DNA of 64,000 nucleotides from Deinococcus sp. (GTDB lineage Bacteria; Deinococcota; Deinococci; Deinococcales; Deinococcaceae): NCBI GenBank assembly GCA_965261005.1, contig OZ253375.1, positions 192,001 to 256,000 of the forward strand, read 5' to 3'. Shown piece by piece: positions 40,051 to 51,462 of this stretch (position 1 is its first letter; each line of letters starts with the position of its first letter). The notes under the pieces were generated by a model. It saw only the letters and a program-made list of their open reading frames with translations, ran no database searches and was not told where the DNA came from. The position numbers and the translations under genes were made by a program.

Positions 40051-43050
40051 TCACCCGGCCACCCGTTCGCGCTTTTGGCGTGCTGGCTTCTTGGCTTCCG
40101 GCAAAACAGTTTCCTGGTTCGCCGCCACGATGCCCGGCACCCGCCGCAGGTAGGCGCCGGTGTGGCTGCTTTCGTGGCCGGCCACCTGCTCGGGCGTGCC
40201 CACGGTCACGACCTCGCCGCCGCGAATGCCCCCCTCCGGCCCCAGGTCGATCACCCAGTCGGCGGTCTTGATCACGTCGAGGTTGTGCTCGATCACCAGC
40301 AGCGTGTTGCCGGCCTCCACCAAACGTTCCAGCACGCCCAGCAGGCGGCGCACGTCCTCGAAGTGCAGCCCGGTGGTCGGCTCGTCGAGGATGTAGATGG
40401 TCTTGCCGGTGGCGCGTTTGGACAGCTCCGAGGCCAGCTTGATGCGCTGCGCCTCGCCGCCGGACAGGGTGGTGCTGGGCTGGCCGACCTTCATGTAGCC
40501 CAGGCCCACGTCGCACAGCAGTTGCAGCTTGCGCTCGATGTTGGGGATGTTCTCGAAAAAGGCGTGCGCCGCCTCTACGGTCATGTCCAGCACGTCGGCG
40601 ATGCTCTTGGCGTTGTACTTGACCTCCAGCGTCTCGCGGTTGTAGCGCGCCCCCTTGCACACCTCGCACGGCACGTAGATGTCGGGCAAAAAGTTCATCT
40701 CGATCTTCATGACGCCGTCGCCCTTGCAGTGTTCGCAGCGCCCGCCCTTGACGTTGAAGGAGAATCTCCCCGCCTGATAGCCGCGCCGCCGCGCCTCACC
40801 CGTGCGGGTGAAGAGGTCGCGCACCTCGGTGAAGATGCCGGTGTAGGTGGCCGGGTTGCTTCTGGGCGTGCGCCCGATGGGGCTTTGGTCGATCTCGATG
40901 ACCTTGTCGAGGTGCTCCACGCCGTCGAGGCCGTCGAACTTGCCGGGACTGGTCTTGGCGCGGTTGAGTTCGCGCGCCAGGGTGGCGTGCAGGATGTCGT
41001 GGATCAGGGTGGACTTCCCCGACCCCGACGGGCCGGTCACGACCGTCATGGTGCCGAGGGGAATCTCAACGGTCACGTTCCGCAGGTTGTGCTCGCGCGC
41101 CCCGCGCACCCGCAGCTTCTTGCCGTTGCCGCGCCGCCGCACGCCCGGCACCTCGATTTTCAGCTCGCCGCGCAGGTACTTGCCGGTCAGGCTGTCGGGG
41201 TTGGCGGCGATCTCGGCGGGGGTGCCGACCGCCACCACCTCGCCGCCGTGGACGCCCGCTCCCGGTCCCATGTCCACCACGTAGTCGGACTCCAGCATGG
41301 TGTCCTCGTCGTGCTCGACCACCAGCAGGGTGTTGCCGAGGTCGCGCAAATGTTTGAGGGTCTGGATCAAGCGCCCGTTGTCCTTGGGGTGCAGCCCGAT
41401 GGAGGGTTCGTCGAGGACGTACAAGACGCCCGTCAGGCCGCTACCGACCTGAGTGGCGAGGCGGATGCGCTGTGCCTCGCCGCCCGACAAGGTGTTGGCC
41501 GTGCGGTCGAGCGACAGGTAATCCAGGCCCACGTCCACCAAAAACTTCAGCCGGGTCCGCACCGCCCGCAGAATGGGCGCCGCCACCGCGCTGCCGAAGC
41601 CGCCGAGTTGGTAGTCGTACTGCCGTGGTGGGGCGACCTTGCTGCTGCCGCCCAGGCTGCCCGCCACGTAGCCGGCCACGTCCTCCGGGCCGACGGTGCC
41701 TTCTTGCAGCTTGGCGAAGTAGGCGTCCGCCTCCAGCACGCTCATGTGGCTGGCCTGCGCGATGTTGGCGCCGCCCACGCGCACCGCCAGAATTTCGGGC
41801 TTGTACCTGGTGCCGCCGCAGGTGGGGCACTCCACCAGCTCCATCAGCTCTTCCATCTTCTCGCGCATGTAGTCCGACTCGGTCTCGGCGTAGCGCCGCT
41901 CCAGGTTGGGCAGCACCCCTTCGTACTCGGTCGTGAAGCGCATGGTCTCGCGCCCGCCGCGCCGGTAGACCACCTCGAACGGCTCCCCCAGACCGCGCAG
42001 GATGACCTCCTGGACCTGGGACGGCAGCTCGCGCCACGGCGTCTTGAGGTCGAAGCCGAGGTGCTCCGACAGCGCGCGCAGCTTGTCCCAGTAGTACACG
42101 CCGCCGCCGGTGCCCTTCTTGCTCCAGGGCAGGATGGCGCCCTCGGCGATGGACAGGTTGTCGTCGATGACGGCGTCCGCCGAGAACTCCAGCTTGCTGC
42201 CCAGGCCGGCGCAGTCCGGGCAGGCGCCGTAGGGGTTATTGAAGGAGAACGAGCGCGGCTCCAATTCCTCCAGCACGCTGCCGTGCTCGGGGCAGGCGAA
42301 CTTCTCGGAGTACAGCTCCTCGGCGCCGGTATCGGGAAACAGCACCCGCAGCAGCCCCTCGCCGCGCCTGAGGCCGAGTTCCACGCTCTCGGCGACGCGG
42401 CCCCGGTCCTCCTCCTTGAGAGAGACGCGGTCGATCACCACGTCCACGTCGTGCTTCTCGAACTTTTCCAGCTTGAGCTTCTCGGCCTCGTCGAGGTCGT
42501 AGATGGCGCCGTCCACCCGCGCCCGCGCGAACCCCTCGCGCTTCAGGTCCCCCATCAGCTTGCGGTACTCCCCCTTGCGCCCGCGCACCACCGGGGCCAG
42601 CAGGATGGCGCGCTGGCCCTCGAAGGTAGTCACCAGCTTGTCGGTGATCTCGGACGCGCTTTGGCGCTCGATCTTGCGCCCGCAGATGGGGCAGTACGGC
42701 GTGCCCACCCGGGCGTACAAGAGGCGCAGGTAGTCGTGAATTTCGGTGACGGTGCCGACCGTGCTGCGCGGGTTGTGGCTGGTCGTCTTTTGGTCAATCG
42801 AGATGGCAGGAGACAGCCCTTCGATGGCGTCCACATCGGGCTTCTCCATCAGGCCCAGGAACTGGCGCGCGTAGGCCGACAAGCTCTCCACGTAGCGGCG
42901 CTGCCCTTCGGCGTAGATGGTGTCAAAGGCGAGCGTGCTCTTGCCCGACCCCGACACCCCGGTGATCACCACAAATTTGTTGCGCGGCAGCTCGACGGTC
43001 ACGTCCTTGAGGTTGTGTTCCCGCGCCCCGCGTACGACGATGTTGTTCAA
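40051..43050 (-). CDS. uvrA: Excinuclease ABC subunit A
   Basis: [17 protein letters not shown], two LSGGEAQRI and zinc fingers; TTG start inferred. Confidence 0.97.
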   Translation of the reverse strand: MNNIVVRGAREHNLKDVTVELPRNKFVVITGVSGSGKSTLAFDTIYAEGQRRYVESLSAYARQFLGLMEKPDVDAIEGLSPAISIDQKTTSHNPRSTVGTVTEIHDYLRLLYARVGTPYCPICGRKIERQSASEITDKLVTTFEGQRAILLAPVVRGRKGEYRKLMGDLKREGFARARVDGAIYDLDEAEKLKLEKFEKHDVDVVIDRVSLKEEDRGRVAESVELGLRRGEGLLRVLFPDTGAEELYSEKFACPEHGSVLEELEPRSFSFNNPYGACPDCAGLGSKLEFSADAVIDDNLSIAEGAILPWSKKGTGGGVYYWDKLRALSEHLGFDLKTPWRELPSQVQEVILRGLGEPFEVVYRRGGRETMRFTTEYEGVLPNLERRYAETESDYMREKMEELMELVECPTCGGTRYKPEILAVRVGGANIAQASHMSVLEADAYFAKLQEGTVGPEDVAGYVAGSLGGSSKVAPPRQYDYQLGGFGSAVAAPILRAVRTRLKFLVDVGLDYLSLDRTANTLSGGEAQRIRLATQVGSGLTGVLYVLDEPSIGLHPKDNGRLIQTLKHLRDLGNTLLVVEHDEDTMLESDYVVDMGPGAGVHGGEVVAVGTPAEIAANPDSLTGKYLRGELKIEVPGVRRRGNGKKLRVRGAREHNLRNVTVEIPLGTMTVVTGPSGSGKSTLIHDILHATLARELNRAKTSPGKFDGLDGVEHLDKVIEIDQSPIGRTPRSNPATYTGIFTEVRDLFTRTGEARRRGYQAGRFSFNVKGGRCEHCKGDGVMKIEMNFLPDIYVPCEVCKGARYNRETLEVKYNAKSIADVLDMTVEAAHAFFENIPNIERKLQLLCDVGLGYMKVGQPSTTLSGGEAQRIKLASELSKRATGKTIYILDEPTTGLHFEDVRRLLGVLERLVEAGNTLLVIEHNLDVIKTADWVIDLGPEGGIRGGEVVTVGTPEQVAGHESSHTGAYLRRVPGIVAANQETVLPEAKKPARQKRERVAG

Positions 43051-43090
43051 GGTTGCCCCTTTTCCCGTGCCCCTACCTCTGCTGACATTG

Positions 43091-43107
43091 CTACGCCGGA
43101 AACAGAA
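43091..43107. promoter_or_regulatory. RDRM (DdrO-binding radiation/desiccation response motif) upstream of uvrA
   Basis: Minus strand TTCTGTTTCCGGCGTAG fits the 17-bp RDRM palindrome; TAGAAT -10 at 43139-43134. Confidence 0.75.
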
Positions 43108-43232
43108 TCCCGGCCCGGTCTTTTCAACGTGACATTCTATCACCGCTTGGCGGCTGGGGTTTGCAACCGAGTCGAGATGTCAAAGGCGCCCCCCGCGCTT
43201 TTCTCCTGATCTCCCCGCTCTAGACTGCCCCT

Positions 43233-44465
<1,233 letters not shown>

Positions 44466-44511
44466 CTTCGGCCGCCCCGCCCCTTTTCCCCGCGTGCTAG
44501 CCTGACCCCCT

Positions 44512-45276
44512 ATGGGCCGCATTATCCTCAAGAACCCGCGCGAGATCGAGGCGCTGCGAAAGGCGAACCACCTGGTCGCCGAGACCTTCAAGATGCTGGA
44601 GCCGCACGTCAAGCCAGGGGCCAGCCTCGCCGACCTGGACGCCACCGCCGAGGACTTCATCCGCGCGCACGGGGCCGTTCCCGCCTACAAGGGGTACGCG
44701 CCGCAGGGGGTGCCCTTTCCCGGCACCATCTGCGCCTCGGTGAACGAGGTGATTTGCCACGGCATTCCGGGCGGGCGCAAGCTGCGCGAGGGGGACATCG
44801 TGGGCGTGGACATCGGCGTGAACTTGGACGGCTTTTACGGCGATGCCTGTTACACCTACATGGTGGGCCACGTGACGCCGCAGGTCAAAAAATTGGTGGA
44901 CACCACCCGCGAGTGCCTGGAGGCGGGCCTGGCCGCCGTGCAGCCCGGCGGAAGACTTCGCGACATCGGCGCGGCGATTCAGACCCTGGCCGAGTCGCGC
45001 GGCCTGAGCGTGGTGCGCGAGTACACCGGCCACGGCGTCGGCCGCAAGCTGCACGAGGAGGAGCCGACCGTCTACCATTGGCGCGCGCCCGGCCCAAACC
45101 CCAAGATCGTGCCCGGCATGGTCTTCACGGTGGAGCCGATGATCAACCTGGGCGTTCCCGAGACCCGCCTGCTGGGGGACCACTGGACCGTCGTGACCGC
45201 CGACGGTAAACCCAGCGCCCAGTTCGAACACACGATAGCGGTGACGGAGGCGGGCTACGACGTTTTGAGCGTGTAA
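44512..45276 (+). CDS. map: Methionine aminopeptidase, type I
   Basis: CASVNEVICHGIP, GHGVG, FTVEPMIN, SAQFEHT. Confidence 0.95.
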   Translation: MGRIILKNPREIEALRKANHLVAETFKMLEPHVKPGASLADLDATAEDFIRAHGAVPAYKGYAPQGVPFPGTICASVNEVICHGIPGGRKLREGDIVGVDIGVNLDGFYGDACYTYMVGHVTPQVKKLVDTTRECLEAGLAAVQPGGRLRDIGAAIQTLAESRGLSVVREYTGHGVGRKLHEEEPTVYHWRAPGPNPKIVPGMVFTVEPMINLGVPETRLLGDHWTVVTADGKPSAQFEHTIAVTEAGYDVLSV

Positions 45277-45285
45277 AATGTAGGA

Positions 45286-45325
45286 AGAGAGGGTGGGCGC
45301 GCAAATTAAAGCGCCCACCCTCTCT
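45286..45325. terminator. Hairpin between convergent genes
   Basis: Perfect 15-bp stem AGAGAGGGTGGGCGC/GCGCCCACCCTCTCT. Confidence 0.65.
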
Positions 45326-45332
45326 GCTTGCT

Positions 45333-46427
45333 CTACTTCTGTGCCAGCACCTTGCCCGCGCCGTCCTGCACGACCACCCGCGCGAACGTCCCCGGCACGC
45401 TGACGGCGATCCAGGGGCTGGTCAGGGCCTGGGTGGTGATGCTGCCGGGTCCCGGCTGACGGATGTCCAAGGTGAGGGTGAGGGTGTCGCCCTCGGCCCG
45501 GGCCGACACCAAGCGGACGCCGTAGCCACCGGTGGGCTTTTGGCCGAGAAAAAAGGTGATGACGGTGTTGCCGCTCAAGTTGACGCTGGGCAAGGCTGGC
45601 GCGCTGGATTGCCGCCCGTGGGCCAGCTGCCAAGCGGCGCGCAGCTCGCTTTCGCTGGTCGCCACGGAGACGCTGGGCGAGGCGCCGTCCACGGCGGCGT
45701 TGTTGCCGCTGGCGAGTTCCCGCGCATTCAAGCCGTTGCTAGAGGCCGCGCTGGTGGCTGGCGCGCCGTTCCCGACGGGCACGCTTTGGGCGGCCACGGC
45801 GACCTTTTGCAGGTACAGCCCGGTACGCAGGTAGCTGTTCGGCGCCGGCTCGACGTTCAGCTTGGCGTCGGGCAGGTCGGCGTCCTGCACGACGGCGACG
45901 GCCAGCTGGCCCTGGCCCTCAAGCGACTGGCCCAGCGCGTTCGCCTCGCCGGCCGTCAGCTGACCCGCGCCTTGCAAGTTAGGGTTCGGCTGAGCGCGGG
46001 CGCTGACCACGTCGCCGGCCGTGAGCGCCCCGGTCAACTTGTACCAGGCACTTCCATCGGTGTAGTACACGGCGCTCAGGTTGCCGTTCGCCTGCACCGT
46101 GAAGCCGCCGCCCACGCTGCCCGTCACCGTGACCTGCCGCCCGACGCGGCCCGTCTGGGCGCGGTAGGTGGCAGCCCCATTCACGCTCACCGAGCCGGGG
46201 ACGGCCAGCGGGTCCTGCACCTGCGGGCGCAGGGTGACTTCTCCGCCGCCCAGCTTGAGCTGGGTCTGCGAGGTGCCGTTCAGGCTGGCGTACACCCAGC
46301 CGATGCGCTCGTGCGACGCGCCGTACAGCAAAGCCTCGTGAACCTCGACGTTTTGTGGCCCGTTCATGGTGCAGCCTCCCAGCAGACCGGCGCCCAGGGC
46401 GCACAACAAGACGGCTCGTTTGTACAT
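45333..46427 (-). CDS. Lipoprotein with C-terminal PrcB-like domain
   Basis: Lipobox LLGGC; FLGQKPTGGYGV..TQALTSPW; ATG 7 nt after TAAGAT. Confidence 0.8.
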   Translation of the reverse strand: MYKRAVLLCALGAGLLGGCTMNGPQNVEVHEALLYGASHERIGWVYASLNGTSQTQLKLGGGEVTLRPQVQDPLAVPGSVSVNGAATYRAQTGRVGRQVTVTGSVGGGFTVQANGNLSAVYYTDGSAWYKLTGALTAGDVVSARAQPNPNLQGAGQLTAGEANALGQSLEGQGQLAVAVVQDADLPDAKLNVEPAPNSYLRTGLYLQKVAVAAQSVPVGNGAPATSAASSNGLNARELASGNNAAVDGASPSVSVATSESELRAAWQLAHGRQSSAPALPSVNLSGNTVITFFLGQKPTGGYGVRLVSARAEGDTLTLTLDIRQPGPGSITTQALTSPWIAVSVPGTFARVVVQDGAGKVLAQK

Positions 46428-46472
46428 GGGGTGCATCTTACGTTTTCAAGCTGACGGGGGACTGAGAAGGCT

Positions 46473-48464
46473 TCACCGTGACAATGCCGTGAGCTGGTCC
46501 TCAAGCGCCTGCGGGTCGCGCGCCGGCACATCGCACACGAAGTCGCGGCACAGGTAGGCCACGCCCGCGCCGTCCCGGTTCTCCAACAGCGGCAGGCCAC
46601 CCCCGCCCTCGCCCGGCGCCAGCGCCACGAAGGGCAGGAAGTGCCCCGCCACGGCCCGCTCGAAGGGGGCGCGTTCTTCCCGGTTGCCCAGAACGGCCAA
46701 CTCCAAATGGGGACTGTTGAGAAAGGCCCAGACTTGCCACAGCCCGCCGAAGCCGTTGGGTGCCGCACGCATGTCGCCGGCGAAGGCGCGCACAACCCGC
46801 GTCGCCCGCTGTTCTCCCACCGGGTCGCCGAAGTAGCGCGCCATCCACAGGCCCAGCAGCGCCGCCGCCGCGTTGTCGCTGAGAACCGCCGAGTCGAAAC
46901 CCTGCTTTTGGCGGGCGATCAGGGGTTCGGCCCGGTCGGACGTGCTCCAGTAACCGCCCGCCTCATCATCCCAGAAGTGATCGCGCACGTCGGCCCACAG
47001 CTCGCGCGCCCAGCGCAAATCGTCCAAGTGGCCGCCCGCTTGGTACAGCGCGACCAAACCGAGGCCGTAGAGGGCCGCATCTTCTAACAGGCCCGCCACC
47101 TTGGCCGTCCCGTTTTTAAAGCTGTGCAGCAGGCCGTCTTCGGTCCAAAGGTGTTGCCGCACGAAGTCGGCGTTTTGCCGCGCCACCTCCAGATAATGCT
47201 CGTCGCCCAGAATGCGCGCCGCCTCCGCAAAGGCCCGCAGCGCCAAGCCGTTCCAGGAGGTCAGCACCTTGTCGTCGGTGCCGGGGTGGGGGCGGGCCTC
47301 GCGGGCTTCGAGGAGGCGCAGGCGCAGTTCGTCCAGCTTGGATTCTGCCAGCCCGCCCTCATCCTCTATCAGCGCCAGCACGCTGCGCCGCCCGAACTCC
47401 GGGTGGTGCGGGTCTTGGAAGTTGCCCGCCGGGTCCACGCCGAACAGCCGCGCCGCCAGCTCGGCGTCTTCGCCCAACACCGCCTCCAACTCCCCCGGCG
47501 TCCACACGAAGAACTGCCCTTCAATGCCTTCCTGGTCGGCGTCCTGAGCGCTGAAGAAGCCGCCCTCGCCCGACAGCATCTCGCGCTCCAGGTACGCCAG
47601 CGTCTCGCGCGCCACCCGCGCGAAGAGGGGCGTCCCGGTGAGTTGCCAAGCGTGCAGGTAGACCGGCACCAATTGGGCGTTGTCGTAGAGCATCTTCTCG
47701 AAGTGCGGCACCAGCCACTTCTCGTCGGTCGAGTAGCGGTGAAAGCCGCCGCCCAGCTGGTCGTAGAGGCCGCCGAGCGCCATCTTCTCCAGCGTCACGA
47801 GGGCCATCTGAAGCCCACCCGGCTGGGTCAGCAGGGAGTCGAGCAGGGTCGGCGCCGGGAACTTGGGCGCGCCGCCGAAGCCCCCATTGCGCGCGTCGAA
47901 CATCCTCCGCAAGCCGTCGAGGGCGTTCCCAGCGAAGTCGGGCGGCAAGTCTGCCCCGCCCGTCATGGCGCTCGCCCGCAAGTGCTCGGTCAGCGCCGTG
48001 GCGTTCTCCAGCAGCGCCGCGCGGTCCTCCCGCCAAGCGCGCGCGATACCAGACAGCAGCCTCGGAAAGCCCGGCCGCCCGAAGGCGTCCTGCGGCGGAT
48101 AGTAGGTGCCGGCGTAAAAGGGGCGCCCCCCGTGGTCGAGGAACAGGGTCATGGGCCAGCCCCCCTGTCCGCTGACCGCCTGCACCGCCGCCATATACAC
48201 CGCGTCCACGTCGGGGCGCTCCTCGCGGTCCACCTTGACGCTCACGAAGTGCGCGTTCATGGTGGCGGCAATCTCGGGATTCTCGAAGCTCTCGTGGGCC
48301 ATCACGTGGCACCAGTGGCAGGTGGAGTAGCCGACCGACAGCAGGATGGGCACGTCGCGCGCCCTGGCTTCCTGAAAAGCCTCCGCACCCCAGGGGAACC
48401 AGTCCACCGGGTTGTCTTGGTGCTGAAGGAGGTAGGGGCTGGTTTCCGTGGAGAGTCGGTTCAT
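46473..48464 (-). CDS. Thioredoxin-domain protein (YyaL/DUF255, SPATA20-like)
   Basis: [37 protein letters not shown]. Confidence 0.92.
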   Translation of the reverse strand: MNRLSTETSPYLLQHQDNPVDWFPWGAEAFQEARARDVPILLSVGYSTCHWCHVMAHESFENPEIAATMNAHFVSVKVDREERPDVDAVYMAAVQAVSGQGGWPMTLFLDHGGRPFYAGTYYPPQDAFGRPGFPRLLSGIARAWREDRAALLENATALTEHLRASAMTGGADLPPDFAGNALDGLRRMFDARNGGFGGAPKFPAPTLLDSLLTQPGGLQMALVTLEKMALGGLYDQLGGGFHRYSTDEKWLVPHFEKMLYDNAQLVPVYLHAWQLTGTPLFARVARETLAYLEREMLSGEGGFFSAQDADQEGIEGQFFVWTPGELEAVLGEDAELAARLFGVDPAGNFQDPHHPEFGRRSVLALIEDEGGLAESKLDELRLRLLEAREARPHPGTDDKVLTSWNGLALRAFAEAARILGDEHYLEVARQNADFVRQHLWTEDGLLHSFKNGTAKVAGLLEDAALYGLGLVALYQAGGHLDDLRWARELWADVRDHFWDDEAGGYWSTSDRAEPLIARQKQGFDSAVLSDNAAAALLGLWMARYFGDPVGEQRATRVVRAFAGDMRAAPNGFGGLWQVWAFLNSPHLELAVLGNREERAPFERAVAGHFLPFVALAPGEGGGGLPLLENRDGAGVAYLCRDFVCDVPARDPQALEDQLTALSR

Positions 48465-48476
48465 GAAAGGAGGGTA

Positions 48477-48504
48477 GTGGGGCGTGGGGTGTGGCAAGTG
48501 GGGA
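48477..48504. repeat. Four tandem G-rich heptamers
   Basis: GTGGGGC GTGGGGT GTGGCAA GTGGGGA. Confidence 0.55.
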
Positions 48505-48510
48505 AAGGCT

Positions 48511-49704
48511 TCACGCCAAGGCGCGCACTCCCTCAAGCAGGCGCCCAATCTCGTCCGAATTCGTGTAGTGCGCGAGGCTCGCCCGCACCGCTCCGTTCGG
48601 TAACAACCCCAGCGCGCCCATCGGCAGCACGGCGTAATAATGGCCCGCCGCCACGGCAATGTTGCGCGCGGCCAGGTGTTCGGCCACCTGCTGTGGCGTG
48701 AACCCCGCGACGCTAAAACAGGCCGTCCCGACCCGATTTTCTGTGCCTTGTCGGCCGTACAGCGTGACGCCCGGAATCGCTTGCAGGCCCTCGACGAGCT
48801 GCTTTGTCAAGGGCCGTTCCAAAGCCTCGATCTGCCGGTACGCTTTTTCCAGCGCCTCCCTCGAAAACTCGCCCCCTCCCAGCTCCGCCAGATACTCCAA
48901 GCTGCCCAGCCAGCCGGCCCACAATTCATGCTGGGCGGTGCCGGCCTCGAACTTGGAGATGTCGTCTTCGGAAACGAAGCTCAGCTTGTCGGCGGGCAAT
49001 CCCGGCAGCAAGTCCTGGCGCACGTACAGCAGGCCCAGCCTCGGCCCGAACACCTTGTAGGGACTCATCACCGCGAAGTCCACCCCCCAGCCGCGCACGT
49101 CCGGCAAGCGGTGGGCCGCGTAATGCACGGCGTCCACGAAGGTCCAGGCGCCAATCGAGCGGGCCAGCCCCGCCGCTTCCGTGACCGGCGTGAGGCTCCC
49201 CACCGAGTTGGCCGCCGCCGTCAGGGCCAAGAGCCGGGTGTTGGGCGTCAGCAGTTCTTGTAGGTCCGCCAAGTCCAGCTCGCCCTGCGGCCAGCGCGCC
49301 CGCCACACCCTCACCGTCACGCCGAACCGCTCCAGCGCCGTCCAGGGCGAGACGTTCGCCTCGTGCTCCAGCTCCGACACGATCATTTCGTCCCCCGGTT
49401 CCCACAGCTTGCCGAGGGCGCGCGAAAGCTGCCACGTCAGGGCCGTCGCGCTTGGGCCGAGGGCCACCTCGTCCGGGTCACAGCCGAGAAAGGTGGCGCT
49501 GCGCTCACGCGCCCTCCCCTTGAGCGCCGTGACCCGCTGGCTCAGCGAGAACGCCTGCTTGACGTTCGCGCCGCCAAGCTCGGTCAAGTACCTGGTCACG
49601 TCGTCAATGGCCCGCCCCGGCAGCATCGCCCCCGCCGCGTTGTCGAGGTAGGCGAACTCCGGGGAGAGGCCGGGAAAGTGGTCGCGTGGGGAGAAATCAG
49701 GCAC
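48511..49704 (-). CDS. Cysteine desulfurase-like class V PLP aminotransferase
   Basis: [35 protein letters not shown] replaces GHHCA. Confidence 0.85.
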   Translation of the reverse strand: MPDFSPRDHFPGLSPEFAYLDNAAGAMLPGRAIDDVTRYLTELGGANVKQAFSLSQRVTALKGRARERSATFLGCDPDEVALGPSATALTWQLSRALGKLWEPGDEMIVSELEHEANVSPWTALERFGVTVRVWRARWPQGELDLADLQELLTPNTRLLALTAAANSVGSLTPVTEAAGLARSIGAWTFVDAVHYAAHRLPDVRGWGVDFAVMSPYKVFGPRLGLLYVRQDLLPGLPADKLSFVSEDDISKFEAGTAQHELWAGWLGSLEYLAELGGGEFSREALEKAYRQIEALERPLTKQLVEGLQAIPGVTLYGRQGTENRVGTACFSVAGFTPQQVAEHLAARNIAVAAGHYYAVLPMGALGLLPNGAVRASLAHYTNSDEIGRLLEGVRALA

Positions 49705-49724
49705 AGGACAGCATACCGGCGGCG

Positions 49725-51245
49725 CTACACCGCCAGCCCACCGACATGCGCCGACGCGCCGCGCAGCAGCTGGCCGGGCGGCAAATCGATGACGGCGCGA
49801 TTTTCCTCGAACTCGTCGTGCCAGCCGATCTCGTCGAGGGCTTTTTTCCACTCGCCGATGCTCTCGTTTTTGTACATCCGGTAGGCGGCCATCCCCACCT
49901 CGGCCCCGCCGCGCGCGATCACGCTCTCGACCCAGGCCCACTTGGCGCTGACGTTGCGCAGCTCGGCCACCGTGCGCAACTCCTTTTGAATGCGCTTCAG
50001 GCGCCCTTCGATGGTCTTGACGCCCGCGAAGGGGTCGGCAAAGTGCGGCGTGTGGCGCTTGGGCACGAAGGGGGAGATGCCCAGGGCGATCTTGTTGACC
50101 TTCGCCAGCTCTTTGGTGAATGAGATCAGCTCGGTGATGTCGTCGTCGGTCTCCGGCCCCAGGCCGATCATCATGTAGACCTTGAGGCCCGCGAAGCCGA
50201 GGTCGCGGCTGATGTGCGCCGTCTTGAGCAGGTCCTCTGTAGAAATCCCCTTTTTGAGCCAGCGGCGCAGCCGCTCGCTGGGCGCGTCCGAGGCGACCGT
50301 AAAGGTCCTGAGGCCCCCCGCCTTGAGAATGGCGGCCAACTCCTCGTCCACCGTGTCGGCGCGAATGCTGCTGACGCCCAGCTTGACCCCGCGCTCGGTG
50401 AGGGTGCGGCCCACGTACTTGGTGTGCGGAAAGTCGCTCAGGGCCGCCCCGACCAGGCCCACCTTGGTCGCCCAATCGGGAATCTTTTCCAGCAGCTCGT
50501 CGCCGCCGTTGTTGCGGTTGGGGCCGTACATGGTCCGCGCCAAGCAAAAGGTGCAGGGCCGTGGGCAGCCGCGCTGCGCCTCCACCAGGAACATGTTGCT
50601 CAGCTCCGAGTGCGGCGTCACGATCTGGCTGTAGGCCGGCAACAGTTCCTTGGGCGCGGTGGCCCAGGTCGGCTCGTGAACGTGACGCGCCGGCAAAAAG
50701 ATGCCCGGCACCCCGTCAATCAGGTCGTAGAAGTCCTCACGCGTGGCCGCCTCGCGCAGCGCGTCCGCGATCACCGGCACGATCAGCTCGCCGTCCCCGA
50801 TGGCGATCACGTCGGCGAAGGGCGTCAGCGGGTAGGGGTTGCTGGAGGTCAGCGGCCCGCCGATCATCACGATGGGGTCGTCTGGCCCGCGCTCTTCTCG
50901 TAAGGGGTGCAGCCCGGCCACGTCCAGGGTGCGGATGATGTTGGTGAGGTCCAACTCAAAGGAGACGCTGATGGCGAACAGCTCGCAATTGCCCGCGTCC
51001 CGCCCGGTCTCGATGGTCGGCAGCTGGCCCGCGAAGCTTTCCGGCTCGTCGGGCAAAAAGGCCCGCTCGCAGGAGACTTCCTCTTCCTGGTTGAACATCC
51101 GGTAGATCACCTGATAGCCCAAACTTGCCATCGCCACCCCGTAGCGGTTGGGAAAGGCGAGGGTCACCCGGATGGGCGCGTGCTTGAAAATGGTGCCGGT
51201 CTCGTCGTCGAGCAGGGGTTTGAGCTGTTCACGCCAATAGTTCAA
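49725..51245 (-). CDS. Radical SAM protein (B12-binding-domain type)
   Basis: RGCPRPCTFC CxxxCxxC; FPNRY...MASLG; FVPKRHTP; TTG start inferred. Confidence 0.85.
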   Translation of the reverse strand: MNYWREQLKPLLDDETGTIFKHAPIRVTLAFPNRYGVAMASLGYQVIYRMFNQEEEVSCERAFLPDEPESFAGQLPTIETGRDAGNCELFAISVSFELDLTNIIRTLDVAGLHPLREERGPDDPIVMIGGPLTSSNPYPLTPFADVIAIGDGELIVPVIADALREAATREDFYDLIDGVPGIFLPARHVHEPTWATAPKELLPAYSQIVTPHSELSNMFLVEAQRGCPRPCTFCLARTMYGPNRNNGGDELLEKIPDWATKVGLVGAALSDFPHTKYVGRTLTERGVKLGVSSIRADTVDEELAAILKAGGLRTFTVASDAPSERLRRWLKKGISTEDLLKTAHISRDLGFAGLKVYMMIGLGPETDDDITELISFTKELAKVNKIALGISPFVPKRHTPHFADPFAGVKTIEGRLKRIQKELRTVAELRNVSAKWAWVESVIARGGAEVGMAAYRMYKNESIGEWKKALDEIGWHDEFEENRAVIDLPPGQLLRGASAHVGGLAV

Positions 51246-51411
51246 GTGGTCTCCAGAAAGTTGGGAAAGTCGGGGGGACGGGCGCCCAGCGGCCACAGCA
51301 AAAAAGCGGGCGGGCGCCGCTTTGGGGGGAGTATAGCCGAGGTGGGGTGGGGCGTTGGTGTCTGGGTCGCAGTTGGTGTTGTCTCTCTTCGTCTGTTTCC
51401 CATCACAAGAT

Positions 51412-51454
51412 GTTTACGAGCCAGAGGTAGCGAACTCACCTCTGGCTCGTAAAC
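51412..51454 (-). terminator. 17-bp perfect hairpin after the cytolysin-like gene
   Basis: GTTTACGAGCCAGAGGT / ACCTCTGGCTCGTAAAC. Confidence 0.7.
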
Positions 51455-51462
51455 TAATTAAT

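Noticed and set aside
40012..43209. 1065-aa plus-strand ORF, and similar long antisense ORFs over recJ, secDF, infB, icd and the MFS gene
   Set aside because: Shadow ORFs caused by high GC3 on the strand opposite well-recognised genes; no motifs.
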